A stretch of DNA of 64,000 bases. It comes from the human T2T-CHM13v2.0 reference genome, Homo sapiens. Numbering within the stretch: position 1 is the first letter of the stretch; each line of letters begins with the position of its first letter. Location: NCBI RefSeq assembly GCF_009914755.1, contig NC_060934.1; one strand, given 5' to 3'. Both the position numbers and the translations under genes were made by a program. Positions 1 to 25,135 of the stretch are shown one piece after another. Below the pieces are notes generated by a model that was given only the letters and a program-made list of their open reading frames with translations, was not told the DNA's origin and did no database searches.

Positions 1-361
1 ATTCCTAGAACACTCAAACCCGTGAGGTCCACTCTCTTAATATATTTTTCTTTACTATGTCTCTCCTGAAATTCTCCTGCTTCTAATGTCTCTCTTGGAA
101 CTTTAAGTGGTTTCATCCTTGCTATGAGGAATCAGAATTTATTTTAGCAATTGGTTGAGATAAAAATAAAAAGTTATTTTGAGATAGTTTCAGTAGGACA
201 CTGAGTATTCAAACATGAATAAAACCAACTTCCTGCCCTCAACAAACTTTATCTGAACAGGAAAAACCATGAAACAGAAAAATTCGGGAATGCGTACACA
301 GAGGCTACAGGAGTGGCCACCCAGGAAGGACAGCATGGGGTCTCGGAACCCCCAGCTGCTG

Positions 362-545
362 TGGGAATCAAGCAGACCTGGTTTCAAATTCTGATCCTGC
401 CTGCATGTGACCTCAGGTGGCTAACCCAGACTCACGACACGGGATTTATTTCTCTGTAAAATGCAGATACCACCCACCCATCCTCCTAGGATGCTGGAGA
501 AATTATGTCAGAAGAGTTACGTGAAAGCACTCAGCACACGCCAGA
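362..545 (+). mobile_element. MIR SINE (degenerate)
   Basis: agacctggtttcaaattctg...tgtgacctcagg...ctgtaaaatg...gtgaaagcactcagcac resembles the MIR core. Confidence 0.65.
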
Positions 546-764
546 CCCTTGACATGGTCATGCCCTCCCAATCTCAACAGTTGAGTCCAGGAAAAAACTC
601 CTCAAATAAAACCCCAAAAGCCACATACCTTAGGATTTGTACTGATTTTTCATTTCATATTGCAATTGTCCTCCCCAAAATCACCTTAAATTTTTTTTTA
701 AGCACTTTCTTTCTGTTGGTATCAATAGCATTGTTACTTAGAAGGGGTCGGCAGAGGGTGCTGA

Positions 765-1102
<338 letters not shown>

Positions 1103-1469
1103 CTTTTTAGTACATTCAAAGGCTTGTGACTAGGAAAGTAAAAAGCTCAGTCTCACTGGAAAGTGATAACTTCATTTCAGTACATCCCCATTTCAGAGCT
1201 CAACTCTCCAGTTTTGCAAATCAGAAATTCCTCGGGGTGGTTGTTAGAAAAACCCGCAGTAAAAATTCTGTTGTTTTCTATTCTCAGAGAAGTTTAGGTT
1301 TTCAATCAGGCGATCAGTTAGTGTTACTGGACAGCTAAAGGGATCATTTTCAAAGCACACCAATCTTCTTTACAGGTGGGCTTAGACTGTCTCACCTGCT
1401 GCTTCCTAAGTCTTGATTGTTAATCAGCGGACAATGGCTACATTCTCACAACATCTTTGCGCGGTTTGA

Positions 1470-9980
<8,511 letters not shown>

Positions 9981-10117
9981 AGAGAAAGTTCCAGTTGCTT
10001 CACCTTTTTGCCAACGCTTGGTGTGGTCAGTCTTTTAATTTTAGACATTCTAATATGTATGAGTTATACACTATCATGGTTTTAATCTTTATTTCCCTAA
10101 AGACTAATGATGTTTAG

Positions 10118-10513
<396 letters not shown>

Positions 10514-10939
10514 TGAGAAGGCCTCATGATTTTCCTCACTTATGTGATAAGTTACATTTGTTGATTATTCTAATGTTAATTCACCACTGCATTCTGTGAT
10601 AAATTCAACTTGGACATTGTATTAGCTTTTTATATATTTCTGGACTCAATTTTCTAACATATTGTAAAGGAATTTATTATCTATGGTTATTAAGGAGATT
10701 ACCCTGAAATTTGTCTTTCTCTTCTTGTCCTTTTCTTATTTTTATCGTTATATAGCCTTCATTGAATATTTAGGGGAGTTTCTGAGTTCCCTCTTTTTCA
10801 ATGCTCCAGAAGAATTTGTATAAGATTGAAATTATTTCTTGATAATTTAGTGGAAATAACTTTCAAAACCATGGACTTTGTGTCCTGTGTGTTTAGAAAT
10901 CTTTTAATAATACTGATTCAATTTCTTTAGAAATTGTAA

Positions 10940-11321
<382 letters not shown>

Positions 11322-11444
11322 TAAATTCATTAGCATGCATTTATTCAGAGTAGTTAGTTAAAACTTTTTTAATCTCTAGTGTTTCTGTACTCATATATTG
11401 TCTTTTTAATATTTATTTATTTCATACAGGATAGCATGTATTGA

Positions 11445-11646
<202 letters not shown>

Positions 11647-11973
11647 TAGCCAGGCTGGTCTCGAACTCCCAAGCTTGTGATCTGCCCGCCTCAGCCTCCC
11701 AAAGTGCTGGGATTACAGGCGTGAGCCACCACGCCTGGCCCACATGTATTGATTTTTATACTTACTTTTGTAATTTGTATTTTATTCCCTCCTTCTTGGT
11801 GAGTGTACTCAAAATTTAGACTTTTCAAAGAATCCATTTTTCACCAATTTTAAAAAATTTGCCATTATCTTCTTCCTTCTACTTATTAAGAGTTTATTCT
11901 ATTGCTCTTACTCTGTCATTAAGATGAATAATATGTACTTTACAATTTTAGTCATTCTGTCTTTCAAATATAA

Positions 11974-12318
<345 letters not shown>

Positions 12319-12365
12319 TGATATATTTTATTTTCATTGTCATCCAGTTCTAATTTATTTTTTAA

Positions 12366-12548
<183 letters not shown>

Positions 12549-12774
12549 TAGAGATGGGGTTTTGCCATGTTCCCCGGGATGGTCTCGAACTCCTGGGCTG
12601 AGGTGATCCACCCGCCTCAGCCTCCTAAAAGTGCTGAGATTACAGGTGTGACCCACTGTCACCAGCCTAGTTCTAATTTAAAAAAAAAAAAAAAAAATTA
12701 TGGCCAGGTGCGGTGGCTCACGCCAGTAATCCCAGCACTTTGGGAGGCTGAGGCGGGTGGATCATTTGAGGTCA

Positions 12775-13050
<276 letters not shown>

Positions 13051-13549
13051 TTACATTTCTAAGCATATAGAGGTTTTCATTTAACTGCTTATTACTGTCT
13101 TTTAAATAAATTGTTCTGAATGTTTTCACCTTAGATAACATTGCCTGTTCTACAATTTTGTATAAATTGATGCATATTATAGGTCTCAAACTCGTGGTCT
13201 CAAGCGATCCTCCCACCTTGGCCTCCCAAAGCACTGGGATTACAGGTGTGAGCCACTGCACATGGCTGTATTATATGTATTTTGAAAATTCAGCTTCTTC
13301 CACTGAGCGTTATGAATGTGAAATTTCTTCATGTTGTTGATTTAAAAAGTAATTCGTTCCTCTTTATTACTAAGTAGTATATTATTGCATAAATCTATCA
13401 ATTTGTTTATTGTCTGCGGACGGACATTTGAGTTGTTTCCAGTGTTTGGCTATTTGTTGATAAAATGACTGTGAACATTTTCCACAACATTTTCTGTTGA
13501 ATATTTTCATTTCTTCTGGATAAAGTGAAATTGTTAGGTTGAAGAACAG

Positions 13550-13688
13550 ATAAATATATATATAATATATATTATATATATTTTATATATAAATATATAA
13601 AATATAATATATATTATATATAAATATATAAAATATAATATATATTATATATATAAAATATAAAATATATATATATATATATATTTTA
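13550..13688. repeat. Interrupted (TA)n tract containing only A and T
   Basis: ~138 bp with no G or C, in place of an Alu tail. Confidence 0.9.
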
Positions 13689-13810
13689 GCTGTGGCCCAG
13701 GCTGGAGTGCAGTGGTACAATCATGGCTTATTGTAGCTTCAACCTCCTGGGCTCAAGCAATCCTCCTGCCTCAGATGGGACTACAGGCATGTGCCACTAT
13801 GCCCAGCTTT

Positions 13811-13860
13811 TATCTATCTATCTATCTATCAATCTATCTATCTATCTATCTATCTATCTA
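13811..13860. repeat. (TATC)n microsatellite in an Alu linker
   Basis: About 12 units with one AATC interruption. Confidence 0.9.
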
Positions 13861-14122
13861 TTCATTGGCAAAGATGAGGTCTCACCACATTACCCAGGCT
13901 GGTTTTGAACTCTTGCCCTCAAGTGATCCTCCTGCCACGGCCTCCCAAAGTGCTGGGATTGCAGGCATGAGCCAGTGCACTCAGCCCAGACAGGCATAAC
14001 TTTATTCTCACAAGGAATTGACAAAACTCGTCCAAAGTGGTGTTATGATTTTACATTCCCAACAGCATTAAAAAAAAGTTCCAGTTGTTGATGTGCCACC
14101 ATTTGGTGCTGTCATCTTTTGA

Positions 14123-14419
<297 letters not shown>

Positions 14420-14514
14420 TGATCCACCTGCCTCGGCCTCCCAAAGTTCTAGGATTACAGGCATGAGCCACCACACTTGGCCACTTTTTATTTTATTTAT
14501 TTATTTATTTTTGA

Positions 14515-14619
<105 letters not shown>

Positions 14620-14734
14620 TAAGTAGCTGGGATTACAGGCATCTGCCATCACGCCCGAAGAATTTTTGTATTTTTAGTAGAGATGGGGTTTCACCATGTT
14701 GGTCAGGCTGGTCCTTGAACTCCTGACCTCGTGA

Positions 14735-14896
<162 letters not shown>

Positions 14897-17800
14897 TGAT
14901 CCTTCCACCTTAGCCTCCCAAGTAGCTGGGACTACAGGCACAGGCTGTCACGCTCAGCTAATTTTTTGTGTTTTAGTAGAGACGGGGTTTCATCATGTTG
15001 CCCAGGCTGGTCTCGAACACCTGAGCTCAGGCAATCTGCCTGCCTCAGCCTCCCAAAGTGCTGGGATTACAGGCCTGAGCCACCACGCCTGGCCTCGTTC
15101 TTTCTTTTTGTAGTAGCTTTATAGTTTTGGCTTTTACATTGAGATCTATGATCCATATGGAATTAATTTTTATGTTTAGCATAAGGTAAGGGTCAAGATT
15201 TTTTTTTTAAATATGGGTATTCACTTGTTTCATAACCATTTGTTAAAAATATTTTAATTTCTACATTAAATTGCTCTGGTGCCTCTGTCAAAAATCAGTT
15301 GACCGTGTATCTGTTGACCTATTTCTAGGCTCTGCCTTCATTGTATTGATCTTGTCCTCATGCGAATACATGGTCTTGACCATTGTGGTTTTATCGTGAA
15401 ACTAGAAGGTCAATAGTGTATGTCCTCCAGCTTTGTTATTCTTCAAGATTATTTTTACTATTTTATGTCCTTTGCATTTCCAGGTGAATTTTAGAATCAG
15501 CTTGTCAATTCTACTTTTATACAAAGTAGAAGTGTTGATATTGGAAATTTCTGCCTTGTTTTTGATCTTCAGAGGAAAGCATTCAGTGACTCATCAAGTT
15601 CAATTATTGTACACTTTTCATACCTGCTCTCTTCTGAGGGCGGGGATCAAGATTAGTTCCTATTTCTTTCTCTTTTTTTGAGACAGGGTCTCATTCTGTC
15701 ACCCAGGCTGTAGGGCAGTGGTGCAATCACACCTCACTGCAGCCTCGACCTCCTGTGCTCATGAGATTCTCCTGCCTTAGTAGCTGCTAGTAGCTGGGAC
15801 CACAGGCGCACACTACCACACCTGGCTAATTTTGTATTTTTTATAGAGACAGGGTTTCGCCATTTGCCCAGGCTGGTCTCAAACTCCTGTGCTCAAGCAA
15901 TCCACCTGCCTTGGCCTCCCAAAGTGCTGGGATTACAGGCGTGAGCCACTGCGTTGTTGCTTGTTTCTTAACCATGAATAGGTGTTGCATTTTGGAAAAT
16001 GGTTTTTCTGTATCTAAAGGATAATAAACCAATTTTACACTCCTTTGATAAATACCTTGTTGTGATGTATTATACTTTTTATATAGTAATGGATTTGATC
16101 TTGTAATACTTTGTTAAATATTTTGCATCTATAAAAATGTTGCTATTTTTTTTCCTTGCAATATCTTTGCGCTTTGTATTGGAGATATATAGGTAAGGCT
16201 TATACACTGATTTGGTAAGTATTCTCTTCTCTACTTTCTGTGTAAATGGATATTAATTCTTCCTTGTGTTTCATGTAATGCATCAATGAAGTCTTCTGGG
16301 ACAGGACTTATATGTAGATTTTAAAGTACAAATTCAATTGTTTTGAATATAGGGCTAATGAGGCTTTCTGTTTCTTGAATTAGTTTTGGTAAGTTTGTTT
16401 TGCAAGGAATTCGTTCATTTAATTTGTAAAATTTACTGGCTTAAATTATTCATAAAATTCTTTATCTGACCGGGTGTGGTGGCTCACGTCTGTAATGCTT
16501 GCACTTTGGGAAACCAAGGCAGGAGGATCAGAGCTAAGTAGTTCAAGACCAGCCTGAGCAACAGAGTAAGACCTTGTCTCTATTAAGTAATAAAAATATT
16601 TTAATTATAAAAATTTTAAAATTATTTATCCTTTTAGGCCTATAGCATCTGTATTCCATCTTTTATTTCTGACGTTGATAATTTGTGTTTTTTTCTTTCT
16701 TGATTAGTCTTGTTAAGGATTTATCAGTTTTATTAACTACAAAGAATCATCTTTTGGCTTTGGTAAAATTTTTCTATTACTTGTCTTTTATTATATTAAT
16801 TTCTGCTCATATTTTTTTCCTTGAACTTACTTTAGGTTTAATTGTTCATCTAGCTTCACATAGAAATTAGGATAATTTAAGCCTTCTTAATTTTCCTCTA
16901 AGCACTGCTTTAAGTGTATTCCACAAATTTTGATATGTTGCATTTTGTCATTCAGATCATTAAACTTTCTAATTCCCCTTCAAAGACTACTAGGAAGTGT
17001 ATTATTTTTCAAAGTTTTCTAGATCTGTATTGACTTCTGATTTAATTCCTTGGGGTGAAGATATATCCCCTTTAAGATTTCAATCATCTTAAATTCATTG
17101 AGACTTGTTTTATGACCCATCAGATGGTCTGTGAAAATTTTTTGTGCAGTTGAAAAATATGCTCCGTGTAATGTTTTATAACTGTCAATTACGTCGATAG
17201 TTGATACTGTCATTCAGAACTTCTCTATCTTTACTGATATATATCATATATATATGTATCCTATTAATTCCAAAGGGTGAAATATCAAACTATGATGTGA
17301 CTTTTGTCTATTTCTCCTTTAAATTTTTAACTGCATGTAGTATAAAAGGTCTATCAGGTATTAGATGCACAGGCAGAATTGTTATTTCTTCCTGTTAGAG
17401 ACCCTTTCCCCTTAACAGATCTGGTAATATTCCCTTGTCTTAAAGTCCATCTTGTCTGATAATACAGCCACTCCAATTTTGTGATTAGTATTTGCATGGT
17501 ACATCTTTTCCTATCCTTTTGCTTCCATATCATTTGTATATTTGTAGTTAGTGTCTCTTGGCTGTTCAGTTTGACAATCTCTGCCTTTGTTTAGTGTATT
17601 TACATTTAATATAATTATTCATATCATTAGGCTTAGTGGACATCTTTGGCTTGTTCCTTACAGGGAAGTGTTTTTTGCTTATTTCTATTCGTCCTGCTTC
17701 TCGTTTTCTACTTTTCTTGTTTGTTTTTGTTAGTTACTCCTTCCCTGCCTTCCTTTGATTAATCAAATATTTTCCAGTGTTCCTTTTAATTTCCTCTGGC

Positions 17801-18259
17801 AGCTCTAGCTATATGTGTCTGCATTATTTTTTACTCGTTACTCTAGGGGTTATGATAGGCATCTTTAGTTTAGGACAATCTACTTAATATTAACAATTTT
17901 TGCAAGAGGATAGTTTCATTTACCTACATTTGCTATAATACAATTCTAGATAGCAAGACAGGTTCTTATGACTAATAACTAGGCAGTATATAGTTTTATA
18001 AACTATACTAGGCAGTATATAGTTTTATAAACTCAGCTGGCTCCTTACGCCAGTACATGGCATTTGGAGTATTCAAACTGCACACAAAGGTTAAACAGGG
18101 AAAGAGGTTTGACAAAAACACTCAGTATTTATTCAAATTCTCTGTTCAAAGACATTACCCATAAAGTTATGCATCTACACATCCAATGTCAGGAGACCAT
18201 GATAGTGAATTGTGCAAGCCTCTTTCAAGACTTTCTTCTACATCCAAGAAAAAACCTGA

Positions 18260-18607
<348 letters not shown>

Positions 18608-19805
18608 TGAAGTTTGTTCAATTCCCTCGTTTATTAGTCATTAATATTAACAAGATCAATTTGAAAACAGCAATTGTAGAATTGCTGTTAAAGTAACCCA
18701 AGCCCCACTGACCTCAGTAATATAACAATATGCTACTCCATTGTTGTTTAGAATATTTCACCTTCCTGATACAAAATAGTGAAACGATAAAAGCTACCAT
18801 TGCCAAATTAAGGTTACTTATTTTTATTTATTTTTTCAGATGGCATCTTGCTGTGTTTCCCAGGTTGGAGTGCAGTGTACAATCTCAGCTCAGTGCAACC
18901 TCCGCCTCCTGAGTTCAAGCAATTCTCCTGCCTCAGCCTCCCAAGTAGCTGGGATTACAAGTGTGTGTCACTACACCTGGCCAATTTTTGTATTTTTATT
19001 AGAGACCGGTTTCACCATGTTGGCCAGACTGGTCTTGAACTCCTGACCTCAAGTGATCTGCCCGCCTCAGCCTCCCAAAGTGGTGGGATTACAGGTGTGA
19101 GCCACTGTGCCCAGCCATCCTAAGTTTAGAATATTGTGCTAATGCTTCACATGTACTTACTTTTCACAACCATGAGGTAGGTACTATCCCTGTTTTTCCT
19201 GTTTTGAGGAAACGGGCTTAATGGTTCAAGAATTTACTCAAAGTCAATAAGCATGTATCAGAAAAAGGATTCAAATTTTCTGTGTGATTTGTCTTTCTAT
19301 ATCTATAGCCTGCATCCTGAAACCACTCTTACTCATGTTTAAGTGGGGAGAGTAATGGAAACTCCCAGGAGAGATCCTTCAATCTAGTTTTGTGGCTAAA
19401 AGCAGTAAGGAGAAGTTGAGGAATCTACTTGTAAATGCAGGATGCCTAAGGGCTGACAATTAAGAAGAAAACTGAAAAACTAAAAAGCAGTGTAAAACCT
19501 CAGAAGCAAAGATGTCTTGGATCATACTCATAGGAGCAAAAAATAACCTAAATCAAAACAGTTAAGTATGCCAAGGGCCTAACTGAAAATCCAGTCCCTA
19601 ATTGGCCTGAGTTGTTGAGTTCACATTATATTCAGATGAGTATTATTAAAAACATGGAGAAATAATAAAATATTTAACAAAAACTGGTTAAATGTGTTAA
19701 GTGATAGTGTATTTCCCATTAGAGTCGGCTATATATAAAGTTTGTGACACTTCTGTCCTCCAATAGACTTATGTTAAAGACAACATGTGTATTGAAAGTA
19801 GCAAT

Positions 19806-19811
19806 TTTATT
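19806..19811 (-). terminator. WAPL: Distal poly(A) signal AATAAA
   Basis: tttatt on +; UGUA upstream and a GU-rich stretch (CATGTTGTCTTT) downstream on the minus strand. Confidence 0.8.
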
Positions 19812-21564
19812 TGAGTTAAAATTATTTACAAAAACCCAAAGACATACTTCATGAAACTGGTACAAACTATTTTTTCCTGCCGTTGGCTTTTGCTCCAAAG
19901 ATCACAGCTGAGAAATACTGTATAAAATAAAAATAGGATTGGATTCAGAAAAGTACTCTACTGTTCTAATTTCCAATTGGTAGTATTTACAGAAATATTT
20001 ACAATGGAAAAAAGGTTACTTTAAAACTTTTAGTTAAGTCAGCCTCAAGTACCCTAAAATGCAGAGTTCTCTGAGGGTTAAAAACACACAAATGCACTGC
20101 AGTTGGTGAAGTGATTATCTCCCCCACCACCTCCCCCCACCAAAATCTGCATCTCTATCAGTGCTCGACAATTAGTTATTATTTAAAAAACAAAACAAAA
20201 CAAAAAACTGTTAAACACTGAGGTAAATCAATTTTCAAATGATTACCAGTGTAACAGAAAAATGCAGTTCGCCCTGATTGTTCTCATCCAAATGTTTTAT
20301 AATATTCCTTACCATCTGCCACAAGTCAGGTTCACCAAAAATCTGTCCCTTTCCCTAAATCCAATGATTAATAAATATCAATGTATTTTGCATTTTAAAA
20401 TAAAATATAACTAATTTAATTTTATGGGTATCATTTACCAATATGTTTTTAAAAGTATTTTGCTAAGCTAGCTTTAATACTCAGGGCAAATACAATCTCA
20501 ATGGTTCCCACGTTACACTGGCGTACTATGTTCTTAAAAGGTGATGGGTAGGGGTTGGGGTGGGTAGAAGGAAGAAAACAATTTGCCTGGAATCAGTTAC
20601 TTCCTTACAGATTTCCCAACAATCTGCATTATCAAAAATAGGAAGACAATAGAAGGCAGCCACTGCATTTAAAAACATTACAGCTGGCACTGATACAAGA
20701 GCCCCGATTTGTCACTTTATACAAGGAAATAACAAAGTCTAAATGGGTAAAAATTAGACTTTTAGCTATTTTCCCCAATACACACCAAACTAATATTTTT
20801 ATGGCTTCAAGTTTTACAAATCCAATGAAGAAACATGATGTAACTACCTGAAAGGTATTTAAAAGTATTAATGAAAAAGATCTCTAGAAAGCCTGTATTC
20901 AGGCCCAATCAATAAAAAAGGAAAAAAAAAAGTATAACCAGTGGTGTGAACAATAATACAAGAAAAATTTGCAATGTTATGATATTAAATCTATAAAATG
21001 TTTTGTGTTCCATAACTGTTTTTCAAATAACTGCTCTACGAACAAAGAATCTGAATGAAAAAAGGGTCTTCTCTAAACCAGCAATTTAAGGCTTTGCGCT
21101 TATGCAATTGATCCTGTCACTCTATAGAAGAATATACATGTTATCTGGAAACAGGAATTCCACATTGGTGTTTTAGCTTCCTTATATTTATTGTACTGAA
21201 CATTAGAAAATATATCTAGAGAGTCTTTCCTCAAAATCTAATAATGTTTTAAGAGCCTCCCTAGCATTAAGTGTAAACTACCCTGGGTTTGACTATTTTG
21301 CCTCCTCCTTTTAACAGGGCACATCATCTTATATAATATTCTCTCAAACTGTTGTTTTTCTTGTGCCTATAGCTATGACACATTATGGTATGATATTGAA
21401 TATGGTTGTGGTCTCAAAAGTAAAAAATAGTTCAATAACCCAAACCTAATCAAGAATAAAAAAATATACTATTAATCCCGTGTATCTTTGGATTCCATCT
21501 AATTTTAAATATAGACAGTAGTTCAGGGAACAACAACCAAAAAATTCACAAAATTATTAAAAGC

Positions 21565-21570
21565 TTTATT
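21565..21570 (-). terminator. WAPL: Candidate proximal poly(A) signal AATAAA
   Basis: Minus strand AATAAA followed ~20-40 nt later by TTTTTTGGTTGTTGTT (U/GU-rich downstream element). Confidence 0.55.
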
Positions 21571-22077
21571 TACGATTGGAATCATTCAACAAAAAAGCAA
21601 AAGCAAATGAGCCTGAAAAAGGAACTAAGCTGTTGTCTAGAATGTCCTCAGAACATTCGCTACCTCAGTAGCTAAGCTGCCTTTGCACCTGGCTGGCATG
21701 ACAACAGTGGCTCAACATACACAGCAGTTGCACTAACAGCAGCACAAATTTTCCCCTTCAAACTTGCCCAGAATAAAGCAAGAAAACAAGGGGAGGGTAT
21801 AAACTCTGCCAAAGTAAATGTATTTAAATACTGCATGGAATTGTTAACAGCCTGAACCTTTTCCCCTCATTTTTGATAGTTGCAGATTGATGTAGTAACT
21901 GTCATTTAGCAAATGCCGAATGCATGACGAAGAAATCAGGTGGCCTTAAAAATCCAAACACGAATGATACTGATGAATGTTCTTGGTATATCTTCAAGGA
22001 CTTCTTTCATGACTTGACTTTTCTTTGTCTAAGGATAGCTCCAGCATTACCGAGCACCTGAAGCAAAGGTAAAGCAG

Positions 22078-22143
22078 CTAGCAATGTTCCAAATATTCAA
22101 TCACTCTAGAGATAGATTTCTGGCCAGTTGTTCCAACAGCACA
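22078..22143 (-). CDS. WAPL: WAPL last exon, coding part [21 protein letters not shown]
   Basis: TTTCAG| acceptor; TAG stop at 22078-22080. Confidence 0.96.
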
Positions 22144-22454
22144 CTGAAAGCAGGGTGAAGGGGAAAGGAAGTAACAGTTAATATTTAACAGATTTTAAGA
22201 AGTATAAATAAAAGTTTACCTCTAGATTTACTAAACTGAACACTACAAATCAAAGTACACCGAGATTAAATTGTGGGTTTGATAAAGTTATTTGCCATAA
22301 CATGCAATGATTACCTTGAAGAAATAGAACACGATTATTAAAATTAAAAGAAAATCCCTTTTTGCTCCCACTTACTATGGCCATAGTATTTTTATGTCTA
22401 CTGTCAATGTATTATAAATTTAAAATCATATAAGCTGTAATAAAAGCTACTTAC

Positions 22455-22550
22455 AGTGAGATTCATAAAACTCAAAAATTTTTTGAGCATCTCTGTCATT
22501 ATTGAAAAGTCTCCTTCTGGCAGATATTCCCGCACAGTGGTTACATTGAT
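22455..22550 (-). CDS. WAPL: WAPL coding exon (probable exon 18), [32 protein letters not shown]
   Basis: CTCAG| acceptor, |GTAAGT donor, 96 nt, phase 0-0. Confidence 0.95.
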
Positions 22551-22808
22551 CTGAGGAAACAGAGCAAGAAATATTGGTCAGCTGGCAGAAAACATGAGAT
22601 TGCACCTCGTACAATGTTGTTGGTTTTGACACACATCTTGGTGCAAATTTTTAAGATCCTTGGAACACGTGGTTATTTATTCTCTTTCCACACTCACTCT
22701 GCATGTGATTTCCTACCTCACCCTCAGAAAGAAAGGAGAAAGGTAAAGTTGGCAAAAGCTACAAAGAAATATTTGTGTACACATTTACTTTTTTTTTTTT
22801 TTTTTTAA

Positions 22809-23096
<288 letters not shown>

Positions 23097-24797
23097 TAAA
23101 TGCAAAGAAAAAGGCCTGAAATAACAAACTGCACTGTTTAATGTATGTGTGTGTTTCACTGGGGGCCCTGGGGGAATAGGAGAAGAGGGTGAGGACTTTA
23201 GACCTGAGAATGTACTCACAAAGCTGCTCATGAAATAAAAAGATCAAAGAAAAATTCACATCCTTCACAGATGAATTCAACTAATTATATAGGACAGGAA
23301 TTAACTAGAAGCATCTTTCCAAAGGCAATCTAACCTCATCTATGATAGATTCTCAGACAATATCAGGAGAGAAAACCCTTCATTATTAGCAAGAAGCAGC
23401 CAAACTATATATAAACCAATCTGTTACATGGAAAACATTACACAACCTGCTTAAAAAACTATTTCATTAAAGAATGCTTTAAATGTTTTACGGAGAATAA
23501 AAAGAAAAAATCTTTTAGGAAGGTTCACCTGTAGTAAGGGGCAAAAGAAAGTATACTGTCCCAAGTTTGGGGACACAAGGTAAAGGGTTAAACAAAACCA
23601 ACCAAAAAACAAAAAGAAAACACACAAAAGCTCCCAATTCGACTTTTGTTAGCGGGGGCAAAAAAGGAGAGATGACATATTTCTCTTCAGAAATTTGCCA
23701 CTACCCACCCCCTTTTTCCTATTCCCATGCCAGGGTACTCGCAAAATTAGAAAGCAGCAAAAAAATGAGATGAATACAGCTTCAGAAAAGATCTAATCAA
23801 AACACTGCTAAAGTACTCATGTGCTGAAGATATCAGTTACACACATTCAAACTGATCCTCCCACCAAAAGCTATCACAGTGGTGGGCAAAATAGTGGCTA
23901 AGGTGTCTCTGGAGAACTGCTCAGTAGAAAAGTACACCTCTGTAATAGAGAATATATGATTAGCTCCTATATTTTGGATGAAAGCCCCTCATTAATCCAA
24001 ATCAAACCCTTCTCTATCAACACACTACAGAACATGACATACAGCGTTTCTGAGGCAATGGGAGGGACAGTGACAGCATTTTTTAACAGAATATAGCAGG
24101 TACAAAAAGAAAAGGCATGATACAGCATGGCCTATTTGAAAAATTTTAAAAGTGTCCAGTAGGTTTGGAAATTGGAGAAGCAGTCTTAAGTCCAGGGTCT
24201 TGCAACACTAAACAGTCATGAGTCCCCTTCCTGGCTGTGAGCCAAGGAAGACTGGGCAAGGAGCTATGTGATCAGTAAGTGCTCTGAAGTAAGTTAGCTC
24301 CAGTGGCAATGTGCAATGTCCCAGGAATGGAGGGGCAACAAAGCAGGAAGAGCAGTGAGGAGACTGACCACTGCAATGCACCAGCTGCAAAGTGAGAAGA
24401 CATGGAGGGCAAGTGAAAATGGGATCAGACCACAAAGCAGCATTTACTGCAACAACCACATGCTTTCTTGTCTATCTCTTTTCACTTACACATTAGGTAA
24501 ACCAAACTTCCTTTACATTTTGTGGTATCAGCTAGCTTTTTGGTGTTAATCATAATAATCTCCAAGGCAACAAATAAATCTGGGGCTCTATGAATTCACA
24601 ACATTTCCCACAATTTAAGAACATTCTCTTTTTAGAGACAAGATAGATACAGGCAAACACAAATAGGAATTAGCATGGGAAAGATGGCCCAAGATAAATC
24701 ATATGTGGTAATAACACAATTTCAAGAACGATTATGTAAGAAAGAACGTGACTGAAATATGACTAAACCTATAGTGTGTAAAAAACAGAGTATCTAA

Positions 24798-25135
<338 letters not shown>

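Larger units (their letters stand above)
19790..22077 (-). other. WAPL: WAPL 3'UTR (~2.3 kb, free of obvious repeats, AU-rich)
   Basis: Unique sequence between the stop codon and the distal AATAAA; repeats resume below ~19.3 kb. End position approximate. Confidence 0.85.

Noticed and set aside
21660-21667. CTACCTCA let-7 8mer in the 3'UTR region
   Set aside because: It is on the + strand, antisense to the WAPL mRNA.
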